The notes beneath the pieces were generated by a model. The model ran no database searches. It worked only from the letters and a program-made list of their open reading frames with translations, and was not told where the DNA came from. From positions 62,056 to 126,055 of the forward strand of contig JAHILF010000053.1 of assembly GCA_018897105.1 (NCBI GenBank): 64,000 bases of DNA, read 5' to 3'. This document shows positions 9,162 through 19,640 of the stretch, in pieces. Position numbers and translations under genes: made by a program. Position 1 is the stretch's first letter. Each line of letters opens with the position of its first letter. Source of the DNA: Pseudomonadota bacterium. Lineage in GTDB: Bacteria; Desulfobacterota; Desulfobulbia; Desulfobulbales; SURF-16.

Positions 9162-10997
9162 TTACCCATCCTCCCTGAAAAAACGGGCAATCACATCGGC
9201 CAGATCAGGGCCGATTCCTGAAACAGCGGCAAGTTCGACAGTTGAGGCATCCTTCAGCTTTGTCAGGCTGCCGAACACCTGCAGCAATTTCTTTTTCCGC
9301 ATGGGGCCGACCCCGGGAATCTTATCGATCTCCGAAGAAAAGGCTGATTTGTGGCGCAATTTTCGGTGGAAGGTGATGCCGTAACGGTGGGATTCATCCC
9401 TGATACGCATGAGAAAAAGCAGCAGGGAGGAATGGCGGGGCAGAAGAATGGGATTCTTGCGACCCGGCCGGAACAGTTTTTCACCCTCCTGTCCTTTTCC
9501 CTTGGCAATGCCCACCAGCTCTATCCTGTCCTGCAGGGCAAAGCGCCTGGCCATGTCGATGCCCACATGCAGCTGTCCCTTACCACCGTCAAGCATCAGC
9601 AGATCAGGCAGATCACCCTCATCAATACCCCGCGTGAATCTTCGTTCCAGCACCTCAGCTATCATCCGGTAATCATCCGGCCCGGGAACCGTCTTGATCT
9701 TATAATGGCGGTAGCGTTTGCCTGACTTTTCCCCTTTTTCAAAACAGACCAGTGAGCCCACCGCCTGCTGGCCGCTGATATTGGAGATATCAAGGCATTC
9801 GATCCGGTCCGGACGGCGCTGCAGATGCAGCGTTTCCATCAGGGAAGCGGCCAGGACATCCCAGCTCTTTTCCTTTTTGTCCTTTTCTGCAAAAACCTGT
9901 CCGGCATTGGCCTGGGCCATGTCTAGCAAACGGGTCTTGTCACCCCGCACCGGCACCTTGAAAATCACCTTCTGTTTTTTTCTTTCCGAGAGCCATTCGC
10001 TGAGCAACTGATGATCATCCGGCAACAAGGGAAACAGCAGTTCCCTGGGGATAAAATCCGCCTCTTCATAATACCTTTTGACGCTTTCCGCCAGCACCTC
10101 GGCATCTTCGCCAACCGGCTCGGCAAGAAAGAAAACCTGTTGCCCCAGCACCCGGCCATGACGGACGGTCATGATGGATATGGCCACGGACGGGCCTTGC
10201 CGCACGAAACCGAACACGTCAAGCTCAAGAGCGCCCTCCCCTGCCACGATCTGTTTTTCCAGGGTTTCCGCGAGAGCCCGGAGCTGGTCCCGGTAGAGCG
10301 CCGCCTCCTCAAACTGCAGCCGGGAAACGGCAAGGGACATCTTCTCCTTGAGCTTATGGGCCAGTTCCCTGTTTCTGCCCTCAAGAACCATCAGCACATC
10401 CCGCACCATTTCCTGATAGAGGGCTGCATCCACCTTGCCCATGCAGGGGGCCGGACATCTCTTCATCTGAAAATTGAGACAGGGGCGTGACCGCTTTTCC
10501 AATTCCGCGCCCTTACAGCGCCGCAACGGGAAAAGGGACTGCAGAAGTTTGATGGTCGACCACATGGCGCCAACCGAACTGAACGGCCCGAAGTAACGGG
10601 ACTTATCCTTGATCTTGCGCCGGGTCATCATGACCCGCGGCCAGGTTTCGCCAACGGTTACCTTGATCAGCGGGTAATTTTTGTCATCGCGCAGAATGAC
10701 ATTGTACTTGGGGCGATGTTCTTTGATCAGAGAGGACTCAAGGATGAGCGCCTCCTTTTCCGTGCGGGTGAGTATGGTTTCCACCCTGGCAATACGGCTG
10801 ACCATGACCCCGGTTTTCGAATGGGCCGCCCCCTGAAAGCGGGCATAGGAGGCCAGCCGCTTGCGCAGATCAAGGGCCTTGCCCGCGTAGATCACCTTCC
10901 CGACCTTGTTTATCATCAGATAAACTCCGGGACTGTTGGGGATGGTTTTCAGGAAATCGGGGCTCAAAATGTGATGATCCTGTCTGGTATGTGACAT
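9162..10997 (-). CDS. uvrC: Excinuclease ABC subunit C
   Basis: GIY-YIG PGVYLM...YAGKA, ECLDISNISG, LMLDGGKGQL, RIRDESHRY, HhH IPGVG. Confidence 0.97.
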   Translation of the reverse strand: MSHTRQDHHILSPDFLKTIPNSPGVYLMINKVGKVIYAGKALDLRKRLASYARFQGAAHSKTGVMVSRIARVETILTRTEKEALILESSLIKEHRPKYNVILRDDKNYPLIKVTVGETWPRVMMTRRKIKDKSRYFGPFSSVGAMWSTIKLLQSLFPLRRCKGAELEKRSRPCLNFQMKRCPAPCMGKVDAALYQEMVRDVLMVLEGRNRELAHKLKEKMSLAVSRLQFEEAALYRDQLRALAETLEKQIVAGEGALELDVFGFVRQGPSVAISIMTVRHGRVLGQQVFFLAEPVGEDAEVLAESVKRYYEEADFIPRELLFPLLPDDHQLLSEWLSERKKQKVIFKVPVRGDKTRLLDMAQANAGQVFAEKDKKEKSWDVLAASLMETLHLQRRPDRIECLDISNISGQQAVGSLVCFEKGEKSGKRYRHYKIKTVPGPDDYRMIAEVLERRFTRGIDEGDLPDLLMLDGGKGQLHVGIDMARRFALQDRIELVGIAKGKGQEGEKLFRPGRKNPILLPRHSSLLLFLMRIRDESHRYGITFHRKLRHKSAFSSEIDKIPGVGPMRKKKLLQVFGSLTKLKDASTVELAAVSGIGPDLADVIARFFREDG

Positions 10998-11289
10998 GGA
11001 CTTTTCTTACCATAATGTTCAAGAAGATCACGATTTTTTTCTCGCCTTCAATCCTGTATTCTAGTAAATTCAATGATCTTCGAAGTTGTGGACCTTTCCC
11101 GGCAAGGGGTCGACAACCATCACATCTTTGCTGCTGACGCGGAACTGTTCGAAAAGATCGGCGGACACGACCATACAATTGAGCCTGTTCGGCCTGTACG
11201 CGACCGCCAGTTCAAGGGCTGATCAACAAGCTCGCCTAGCTTTAACGGACACAAGAACCGCATTTCTTCTCCATGGAGGCAATACGTGC

Positions 11290-12555
11290 ATGATCACTCT
11301 CATTGAGGCAAAAAACTTTCGCTGCCTGCGGTATATCCGCCAGCAATTAGGGCCGTTTCACGTTCTGGTCGGCCCTAATGCCAGTGGCAAAACAACATTC
11401 CTCGATGTGGTGGCTTTTCTGGGAAGTCTGGTTTCCAATGGCCTGGAGACTGCTGTGGGTGAGAGAACCAAGAATTTTCAGGATTTATTGTGGCAAAGGT
11501 CCGGCTCTGAGTTTGAGTTGGCCATTGAGGCGGCTATTCCCAAGGAGCTTCGAGGCCGGCTGCGGGATAAGGAGTTTGACACGGTTCGTTACGAGGTCTC
11601 TTTCGGCATTGATGCCGAAACTGAAGAAGTTGTCATCCAAACGGAAAAGGTGCTGTTGAAAAAATCTTCGTCTGGTGCAACACAGCCTCAGCAGCTTTCG
11701 CTTTTCCCCATAACGCGTGTGCCACCGAAGACCATCATGACGGGAAAAGTAGTCCACGGGACAAAAACAGTCATTAATAAGGTTGCCGGCGGCAATGATA
11801 ATTTCTACTCTGAGGTTTATCCTAAAAAGGGAAAGGGCTGGGCGCCGGCTTTCAAGCTTGGTCCCCGAAAGTCGGCCCTTGGTAATCTGCCGGAAGACGA
11901 ATCGAAGTTTCCCGTGGCAACCTGGCTGAAAAGGTTGTTGACGGAAGGCGTTCAACAATTTGTCTTGAACAGCCTGCTGATCCGTAAAGCCAGTCCACCC
12001 GGACAGATACGCGGCTTTAAGCCGGACGGCTCCAACCTCCCATGGGTTCTGGATGCTCTGCAGAAAATTCATCCTGATAATTTTCAAAGCTGGCTTGAGC
12101 ACCTGCAAACCGCCCTGCCTGATCTGGAAAATGTTCGTATCATCGAACGGGCCGACGACAGGCATCGCTATCTGGTCATCTGTTATCGCGGCGGGCTGGA
12201 GATTCCTTCCTGGATGGCTTCTGACGGCACCCTCCGCCTGCTGGCATTGACCTTGCCCGCTTACCTGCCGGATTTTACCGGGGTTTATCTGATCGAAGAA
12301 CCGGAAAACGGCATCCATCCCCGGGCGGTGGAAACCATGTTTCAGTCTCTCTCTTCGGTTTATGATGCGCAGATCCTGCTGGCCTCCCATTCCCCTGTCA
12401 TCCTCAGTATGGTCAAAGTGGAAGATGTGCTTTGCTTTGCCAAAACCCAGGAAGGATCAACTGATATTGTGCTGGGGAGTCGGCATCCGGCCCTCAAGGA
12501 TTGGCAGGGGACAACAAGCCTTGGAGTTCTTTTTGCCGGAGGGGTACTGGGATGA
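11290..12555 (+). CDS. ABC/AAA_21-type ATPase (MADS MAD3-like)
   Basis: Walker A GPNASGKT, signature ASDGT, Walker B/D-loop LIEEPENGIHP, H-switch ASHSP. The ATG at 11290 follows GGAGG. The family label comes from recalled similarity, not a search. Confidence 0.8.
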   Translation: MITLIEAKNFRCLRYIRQQLGPFHVLVGPNASGKTTFLDVVAFLGSLVSNGLETAVGERTKNFQDLLWQRSGSEFELAIEAAIPKELRGRLRDKEFDTVRYEVSFGIDAETEEVVIQTEKVLLKKSSSGATQPQQLSLFPITRVPPKTIMTGKVVHGTKTVINKVAGGNDNFYSEVYPKKGKGWAPAFKLGPRKSALGNLPEDESKFPVATWLKRLLTEGVQQFVLNSLLIRKASPPGQIRGFKPDGSNLPWVLDALQKIHPDNFQSWLEHLQTALPDLENVRIIERADDRHRYLVICYRGGLEIPSWMASDGTLRLLALTLPAYLPDFTGVYLIEEPENGIHPRAVETMFQSLSSVYDAQILLASHSPVILSMVKVEDVLCFAKTQEGSTDIVLGSRHPALKDWQGTTSLGVLFAGGVLG

Positions 12556-13193
12556 CAACCGGACAATATCCCCATGAGCTTGTTGTTCTGGTTGCTGACA
12601 AAGATATGGAATTAGCAATCAAAGGCATTCTCGGCCGCACGCAGGCCATGGGAATACGCGAACCAATGCCAGTTGTTCATGTGCATCCGGAAAGAGATCC
12701 GGGCTGTTTGTTGCGCGGTCACGATTTTCTCAGTCTCTTTCGAAATCAGTTTGCCCATGCCCTGATCCTGCTCGACCGTGAAGGATGCGGACAGGAAAGA
12801 TCTGCCAGAGAGATATTGGAAGCGATGATTGAAAAACGATTATCAGAATCGGGATGGGGCGAACGAGCCGCCGCCGTGGTCATCGATCCTGAGCTTGAAA
12901 TGTGGGTTTGGAGCGACTCGCCACAAGTTGATGTGGTATTGGGCTGGCATGGGAGGAGCCCGGACTTGAGAAGTTGGCTGAAATCAAAGAACTTTTTACA
13001 GGAAGGACAGGCCAAGCCGGAAAGACCCAAAGAAGCGATGGAGCTTGCCCTGCGAACGGCTCGAAAATCTCGATCATCCTCCCTCTATGACCAATTAGCC
13101 CGGCAGGTTAGCTTGGGGCGGTGCGTTGATCCAGCCTTTATCAAATTGAAAACCACCTTGCAGACATGGTTTCCGAGAGCTGGGAGTGATTGA
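12552..13193 (+). CDS. TOPRIM-like hypothetical protein coupled to the ATPase (DUF4276/MAD4-like)
   Basis: ATGA 4-bp overlap with the ATPase. Acidic motifs LVADKDME, LLDREG and PELEMW are typical of TOPRIM-like partners of ABC-ATPase defence modules. Confidence 0.65.
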   Translation: MTTGQYPHELVVLVADKDMELAIKGILGRTQAMGIREPMPVVHVHPERDPGCLLRGHDFLSLFRNQFAHALILLDREGCGQERSAREILEAMIEKRLSESGWGERAAAVVIDPELEMWVWSDSPQVDVVLGWHGRSPDLRSWLKSKNFLQEGQAKPERPKEAMELALRTARKSRSSSLYDQLARQVSLGRCVDPAFIKLKTTLQTWFPRAGSD

Positions 13194-13327
13194 ATGGCGC
13201 AAGGCATACGCCGGACACGAATAAACGGGCAAGTTGCTCAAGCAGTTCAATGAAAAATACGGAAATATAACAAATCACTACCGGCGGAAATTTAGTACGC
13301 TCCATTGCCGTTGGTCAGTTTTGCTAA

Positions 13328-14437
<1,110 letters not shown>

Positions 14438-14469
14438 ATGAGACGAACTCGCAACAATTCTATTCTTCA

Positions 14470-14547
14470 CCACAGAGCATACGGAGAGCACAGAGAAATA
14501 CTATTTATTATAGATAGTTACCTCTGCGTACTCTGTGCGCTCCGTGG
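14470..14547. repeat. Intergenic inverted repeat of CACAGAG-like heptad/nonad units
   Basis: CCACAGAGCATACGGAGAGCACAGAG and CTCTGCGTACTCTGTGCGCTCCGTGG are imperfect reverse complements around an AT-rich spacer. Confidence 0.65.
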
Positions 14548-14567
14548 GTAATTCCAGGAGTTCTTAA

Positions 14568-15296
14568 ATGCCACCCCCTACCGTCAGTGTGGTCCTGGTC
14601 CAACCCCAGGGCGCGCTCAATATCGGCTCCGTCTGCCGGGTGATGATGAATTTCGGTTTTGCTGATCTGCGCCTGGTCAAACCCCGGGCGGATCATCTCA
14701 GCAAACAGGCCAGGGACATGGCGGTCAGTGCCCGAGACCTGCTGAGGCAGGCCAGGATGTTCGGTACTCTTGCCGACGCCCTGGCCGACTGCAGTCTCTG
14801 CCTGGGAACCACCCGCCGCTTCGGCAAATACCGGCAGGATTTTCTCGAACCCCATGAGATTGCCCCCCTGTTTGCCCGACATGATTCCAGCGTAAAAACC
14901 GCCCTGGTCTTCGGCCGGGAAGACAGCGGCCTGACCACGGCGGAACTGGATCTGTGCCAGTTCTTTGTAACCATCCCCACCGACCCTGCCCTGCCCTCCC
15001 TCAACCTGGCCCAGGCGGTAACCATCTGCCTTTATGAGCTGAACCGGGGACGCCATGCCCAGCAGGACCAACCCCAAGGAACCGAGCGGGCCGACAGCAG
15101 CATCCAGGAAAGCATGTACCAGCACATGCGCCGGACTCTGGTCGAGGCAGAGTATCTTGATCCGCAGAACCCCGACCATATCCTGCGCACCTTCCGCCGC
15201 ATATTCGGCCGGGCCGGCCTGGATGATCAGGAGGTCAGCATCATTCATGGTCTCTGGAACCGTATCGACTGGTTGAACAGCCAACGAAAACAGTAG
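14568..15296 (+). CDS. TrmJ/YjtD-family SPOUT tRNA methyltransferase
   Basis: PQGALNIGSVCRVMMNFG, LVFGREDSGL, SLNLAQAV. Confidence 0.9.
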   Translation: MPPPTVSVVLVQPQGALNIGSVCRVMMNFGFADLRLVKPRADHLSKQARDMAVSARDLLRQARMFGTLADALADCSLCLGTTRRFGKYRQDFLEPHEIAPLFARHDSSVKTALVFGREDSGLTTAELDLCQFFVTIPTDPALPSLNLAQAVTICLYELNRGRHAQQDQPQGTERADSSIQESMYQHMRRTLVEAEYLDPQNPDHILRTFRRIFGRAGLDDQEVSIIHGLWNRIDWLNSQRKQ

Positions 15297-15301
15297 CAGA
15301 C

Positions 15302-16384
15302 ATGCCTTTTGACCGCCACTTTATCGACCAACTTCTTAACTGGTTTAACATCCACAGCCGGGATCTGCCATGGCGGCACACCTATGAACCCTATCATGTC
15401 TGGATTTCCGAAATCATGCTGCAGCAGACCCAGATGGACAGGGTTGTCTTCTATTTCACCAGATGGCTTGAGCGTTTCCCGGATATAGCCACCCTTGCCT
15501 TTGCCGAGGAGGACGAGGTGCTCAGCTGCTGGGAAGGTCTCGGCTACTACTCCCGGGCCAGAAATCTGCACCGTACCGCCAAACTCCTGGCTGAGCAGGG
15601 CAATATGCTGCCTGCTTGCTATGAGAGCCTGGTCAAACTGCCGGGCATAGGCCCGTATACGGCCGGCGCCATCATGAGCATTGCCTTTAACCAGGATTTT
15701 CCGGTGGTTGACGCCAATATTGAACGCCTCTTCGCCCGCCTGTTTGATATCGCCACCCCGATCAAAAGCAGAGAAAATAAAAAGCTGGTCTGGCAGAAGG
15801 CCGCGGAAATGCTGCCGGCCGGTAAATCACGCATTTTCAACCAGGCACTGATGGAACTAGGCGCCCTGGTCTGCCTACCCAAGAAACCCCTGTGCAGCCA
15901 GTGCCCCGTTATCCACTGGTGCAAGGCGCACCGTCTGGATATGATCCATGAGCGCCCGGTGCTGCTGCCAAAAAAAAAGATCGTTTTTATCGAGATGGCC
16001 ACCGGCATTCTGGTGAGAGGCGGCAAGATCTTAATCCAGAAAAGACAGACGAATGATGTGTGGGCAAATCTGTGGGAGTTCCCGGGTGGACGTCTGAAAG
16101 AGGGAGAAACGCCGCAACAGGCGGTGGTGCGGGAGTTTCTGGAAGAAACAGGGCTGCATGTGGGCATGACAGAAGAAATCACCAGCGTCCGGCACAGCTA
16201 CATGCATTACCGGGTGATTCTGCATGGCTTTTTCTGTGATGTCGTTGCTGAGGAAGAGAAAGAGCCGGCCTTACACGCGGCCCAGGAAAACAGATGGGTC
16301 AGTTTCAGTGAACTGCACAGGTTCGCCTTCCCGGCCGGCCACAGGAAACTGATCGATTATCTTCGGAACAACTCAGGGATTTAA
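15302..16384 (+). CDS. mutY: A/G-specific adenine glycosylase with an intact C-terminal Nudix domain
   Basis: RDLPWR, SEIMLQQTQ, GLGYYSRARNL, LPGIGPYTAGA, Fe-S motif CLPKKPLCSQCPVIHWC, Nudix box FPGGRLKEGETPQQAVVREFLEETG. Confidence 0.95.
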   Translation: MPFDRHFIDQLLNWFNIHSRDLPWRHTYEPYHVWISEIMLQQTQMDRVVFYFTRWLERFPDIATLAFAEEDEVLSCWEGLGYYSRARNLHRTAKLLAEQGNMLPACYESLVKLPGIGPYTAGAIMSIAFNQDFPVVDANIERLFARLFDIATPIKSRENKKLVWQKAAEMLPAGKSRIFNQALMELGALVCLPKKPLCSQCPVIHWCKAHRLDMIHERPVLLPKKKIVFIEMATGILVRGGKILIQKRQTNDVWANLWEFPGGRLKEGETPQQAVVREFLEETGLHVGMTEEITSVRHSYMHYRVILHGFFCDVVAEEEKEPALHAAQENRWVSFSELHRFAFPAGHRKLIDYLRNNSGI

Positions 16385-16483
16385 GGTAATGAGGCTTTTA
16401 GTCTGTTAGCAAAAGAAGTCGAGGCAAATCCTCATCCGCTACCAACCTAAATACCTACAGACTATCCACCTGTATTCGTTTTT

Positions 16484-16894
16484 CTAAAACGAATACGATA
16501 CAACCAGACCAAGCTTCTTTATCTGCTGCAGCAGCTGATCCATCTTGACCGGTTTGGTCATATAGGCCTCACAGCGGCCTTCTTCCTTAGCCTTTCTGAT
16601 GTTTTCCGGATCACTCAGGGCGGTTATCATGATCACCTTCACCTGGTATTCCGGGATGACGCCCAGATCCTCTTCGATTTTCCTGATCTGCACCAGAGCA
16701 TCCTGGCCGTTCATCTCAGGCATCATGATATCCAGACAGACGAGATCAAAAGGGTCCCTGTCCTGCAAAGCCTGGGTAAAAACTTCAATTGCCTCCCTAC
16801 CATTTTCAGCCCCATAGGTTGAACCTACATCAGCCAGCATCTCCTGAAGGATGACCCGGGTCATCACATCATCTTCAGCAATCAAAATTTTCAT
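16484..16894 (-). CDS. Single-domain response regulator (CheY-like)
   Basis: ILIAEDD, CLDIMMPEMNG, MITA, YMTKP. Confidence 0.9.
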   Translation of the reverse strand: MKILIAEDDVMTRVILQEMLADVGSTYGAENGREAIEVFTQALQDRDPFDLVCLDIMMPEMNGQDALVQIRKIEEDLGVIPEYQVKVIMITALSDPENIRKAKEEGRCEAYMTKPVKMDQLLQQIKKLGLVVSYSF

Positions 16895-16982
16895 GGATAA
16901 CCTTTAATATTATTATGCCGTTTTCCTTCCCGAAAAAATACTTACCAGGCAACAGAATTTTTTTCACCTGTTTTTTGCATCC

Positions 16983-18116
16983 TCAGCTGGCTGTGGCCAG
17001 GGCCAGCCGCGCAGCCCGCATCGAGGCCCCTTCGCCGCCCAGTTTTCTCCTCACCTCTGCCAGATCGTGCAGCATTTCCTGCCTTTTTACACTGCCGGGT
17101 AAGATATCCTGCAAAGCCGCACAAATTTTTTCCGGGGTGGCCTCATGCTGCATCAATTCTTTGACCACCTCACGGCTGGCGATGAGGTTGACCAGCGAGG
17201 CATAGTCAACCTTGACCAGCATTTTGCCCACCAACCAGGTCAGGGGTGACACCTTATAGGCAACCACCATGGGCACATCGAGAATGGCAAGCTCCAGAGT
17301 CACCGTGCCTGATGCGGCAATGACCAGATCGCAGGAGGCCATGAGATCGTACCGATCCTCGGAGATGACCTTGATCTCGAGCCCTTGCCTGTCTAAGCCG
17401 CATGCCAGCAGATCTTCCATGGTGAGACTCGGGGCCAGGGGAAGCAGGATGGTCAGGTTGCCATGGGTTTCCCGCAACCTTGCAGCGGTCTCCAGAAAAA
17501 CGGGCAGCATGGCGCGTATCTCTTTTTTTCTGCTGCCCGGCAGAATCCCCAGCAGAATGTTGTCCGGCTTGATCTGATGGAGCCGGCAGAAATCGCTTCT
17601 TTCCATGGTGCGCCGGACCGAATCAAGCAGAGGATGGCCCACATACTCAACTTCAACCCCGCGCTTCTGGTAAAACTCTTTTTCAAAGGGCAGGATGACC
17701 GCCATCCGGTCAATGATTCTGCCGATTTTTTTGACCCGGCCGCTGCGCCAGGCCCAGACCTGCGGGCTGATATAATAAAAAATGGGAATACCGAACTGCC
17801 TGGCCTTCTGCGCCAGCAGCAGATTGAAATCAGGGTAATCGATGAGAATGAGCAGGTTGGGCGGGTTGTTCCGCAGTTCATCAGCAAGTATATTCCTGGC
17901 GGCGCGGATATCTTTGAGATGGGCGATAACCTCAACCAGGCCGACAACCGCCATTTTGGCGGCATCATATAAAATATCAACGCCCTGCCTGCGCAATTCC
18001 ACACCCCCCATGCCGCACAGGGAAAGATCCGGGGCAAGCTGCTTCATGGCGGCAACCAGATGCGCCCCATGCAGGTCGCCTGAGGCCTCACCGGCAACAA
18101 TCATTATCCGCAGCAT
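16983..18116 (-). CDS. lpxB: Lipid-A-disaccharide synthase
   Basis: AGEASGDLHGA, IDYPDFN, YISPQVWAWR, ILPFE, PGSRKKEI, SGTVTLE. Confidence 0.96.
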   Translation of the reverse strand: MLRIMIVAGEASGDLHGAHLVAAMKQLAPDLSLCGMGGVELRRQGVDILYDAAKMAVVGLVEVIAHLKDIRAARNILADELRNNPPNLLILIDYPDFNLLLAQKARQFGIPIFYYISPQVWAWRSGRVKKIGRIIDRMAVILPFEKEFYQKRGVEVEYVGHPLLDSVRRTMERSDFCRLHQIKPDNILLGILPGSRKKEIRAMLPVFLETAARLRETHGNLTILLPLAPSLTMEDLLACGLDRQGLEIKVISEDRYDLMASCDLVIAASGTVTLELAILDVPMVVAYKVSPLTWLVGKMLVKVDYASLVNLIASREVVKELMQHEATPEKICAALQDILPGSVKRQEMLHDLAEVRRKLGGEGASMRAARLALATAS

Positions 18117-19075
18117 AAAACGTCTTTATGCTTGTTGATATGGTCCCTGATCTGGCTGATAATCTGCAATGCCACTTCAAGAGCCCGCCGTCCTTCACTG
18201 CCGGAGACCTTCGGCCTCTGCCTCAGACGAACATTGCGGACAAAATCCGTCAGTTCCGCCGCCAGGGCATCCTGCTCGGTAAAACAGAAATGCGCTGTCT
18301 TTTCATTGGGGTAACCTTCCGGGGTCGAGCCGGGGAGCCGCTCAATGATTTTTATTTCCTTGGTGGCATAATTTACCGTAAGCGAACTGCCGGGTTGGTA
18401 TATGCGCAGGCTGCGCACATTGTCATGAGCCACACGGCTCACCGAGACATTTGCGGTGCAGCCGTTGGCAAAGATTAATTGGGCGGCGGCAACATCGGTT
18501 TCCTTGGTCACCACCGGCACGCCGATGGTGGAGATTGATTCAAGGGGAGATGGAACAACAGTGAGGATAATATCAATGTCGTGGATCATCAAATCAAGGA
18601 TCACATCCACCTCAACGCCCCGGGGCTTGAAAGAATGAACCCTCTGTGATTCGATAAAAACCGGGCAGGTCAGATAATCCTGCATGGCGACGATTGCCGG
18701 GTTAAACCTCTCCAGATGGCCTACCTGGAGAATACGCTTGCCCTTTTCCGCCTTGTCGATCAGATCATCAGCCTCGGCCAGGGTAACGGTCATGGGTTTT
18801 TCCAGCATCACATCGACATTTGCCGCAAAGCAGTCACTGGCCACCTGATGATGCAGCGGCGTCGGCACCACCACGCTCACCGCATCAACATGCCGGAGAA
18901 GTTCCCGGTAATCCGCAAACGGTTTCGTCTTGTTTGTCTGGGCAACCTGGTGGGCAGCCTCGCCTGAAACATCCGCCACGCCGACCAGTTCCACATCATC
19001 CATTGCGGCATATTTCTGAGCGTGGAATTTGCCGAGATACCCCACACCGATCACACCAATTTTAATTTTCTGCAT
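18104..19075 (-). CDS. Gfo/Idh/MocA oxidoreductase, GnnA-like
   Basis: GVIGVGYLG, EKPM, GHLERFNP, DLMIHDID. It overlaps the lpxB start by 13 bp. Confidence 0.8.
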   Translation of the reverse strand: MQKIKIGVIGVGYLGKFHAQKYAAMDDVELVGVADVSGEAAHQVAQTNKTKPFADYRELLRHVDAVSVVVPTPLHHQVASDCFAANVDVMLEKPMTVTLAEADDLIDKAEKGKRILQVGHLERFNPAIVAMQDYLTCPVFIESQRVHSFKPRGVEVDVILDLMIHDIDIILTVVPSPLESISTIGVPVVTKETDVAAAQLIFANGCTANVSVSRVAHDNVRSLRIYQPGSSLTVNYATKEIKIIERLPGSTPEGYPNEKTAHFCFTEQDALAAELTDFVRNVRLRQRPKVSGSEGRRALEVALQIISQIRDHINKHKDVLCCG

Positions 19076-19091
19076 AATACCTCTTATATTT

Positions 19092-19616
19092 TTACAGGTC
19101 AGCCGACAAAAAAATCGCTGACTTGTTCAGCATATCTTCCAAGGTGGAATCAAGAAGTTGACGAATCGGCGAGTGCTCAGGGACGGGCTTGTCCAGCACA
19201 TTACCCAAAAAGCCCTCTACCAGGCAGGGAAAGAGACGGACACGGTCGGCCTCCCTCTGACCAAGGTCAGCTTGGAAAAACTCACGGTAACTGGAAAATC
19301 TATCGACAAAAACATTGGTAATTGCCTGGGAGAGAGAATCAATCTGCTCGTCTTCAAGCTCCTGCGAACGGGAGGCGATAATCCTGTCGACAATAGTGAC
19401 AACCACCGACCGGTTGAAATTTTCCACCTCCCTCTCCTGCGGCTTGCTGATGCTGCGCAGATAGCAGGCTGTTACCCAGAAGGCACAGAACACATCAAAT
19501 TCATTAGCCCGAATACCATATTCGTCAATGCTCCCCCTCTTTAAAAAATCCGTCAGATGTTCCGAACTGACGCGGTAAAGGGCAAAAAGTTTCTCCTGAA
19601 TGGGCTCTTTAGTCAT
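19092..19616 (-). CDS. Hypothetical protein (174 aa)
   Basis: Fills the gap between co-oriented genes with 16-24 bp spacing and has a protein-like composition. No motif recognised. Confidence 0.7.
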   Translation of the reverse strand: MTKEPIQEKLFALYRVSSEHLTDFLKRGSIDEYGIRANEFDVFCAFWVTACYLRSISKPQEREVENFNRSVVVTIVDRIIASRSQELEDEQIDSLSQAITNVFVDRFSSYREFFQADLGQREADRVRLFPCLVEGFLGNVLDKPVPEHSPIRQLLDSTLEDMLNKSAIFLSADL

Positions 19617-19640
19617 TTGCAGTCTGTTTTTCCTTACGGA

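Noticed and set aside
16396-16464. TAGTCTGT...ACAGACTA inverted repeat between mutY and the response regulator
   Set aside because: Only 8 bp, with no clear target duplication or second copy; it could be chance or a weak bidirectional terminator.
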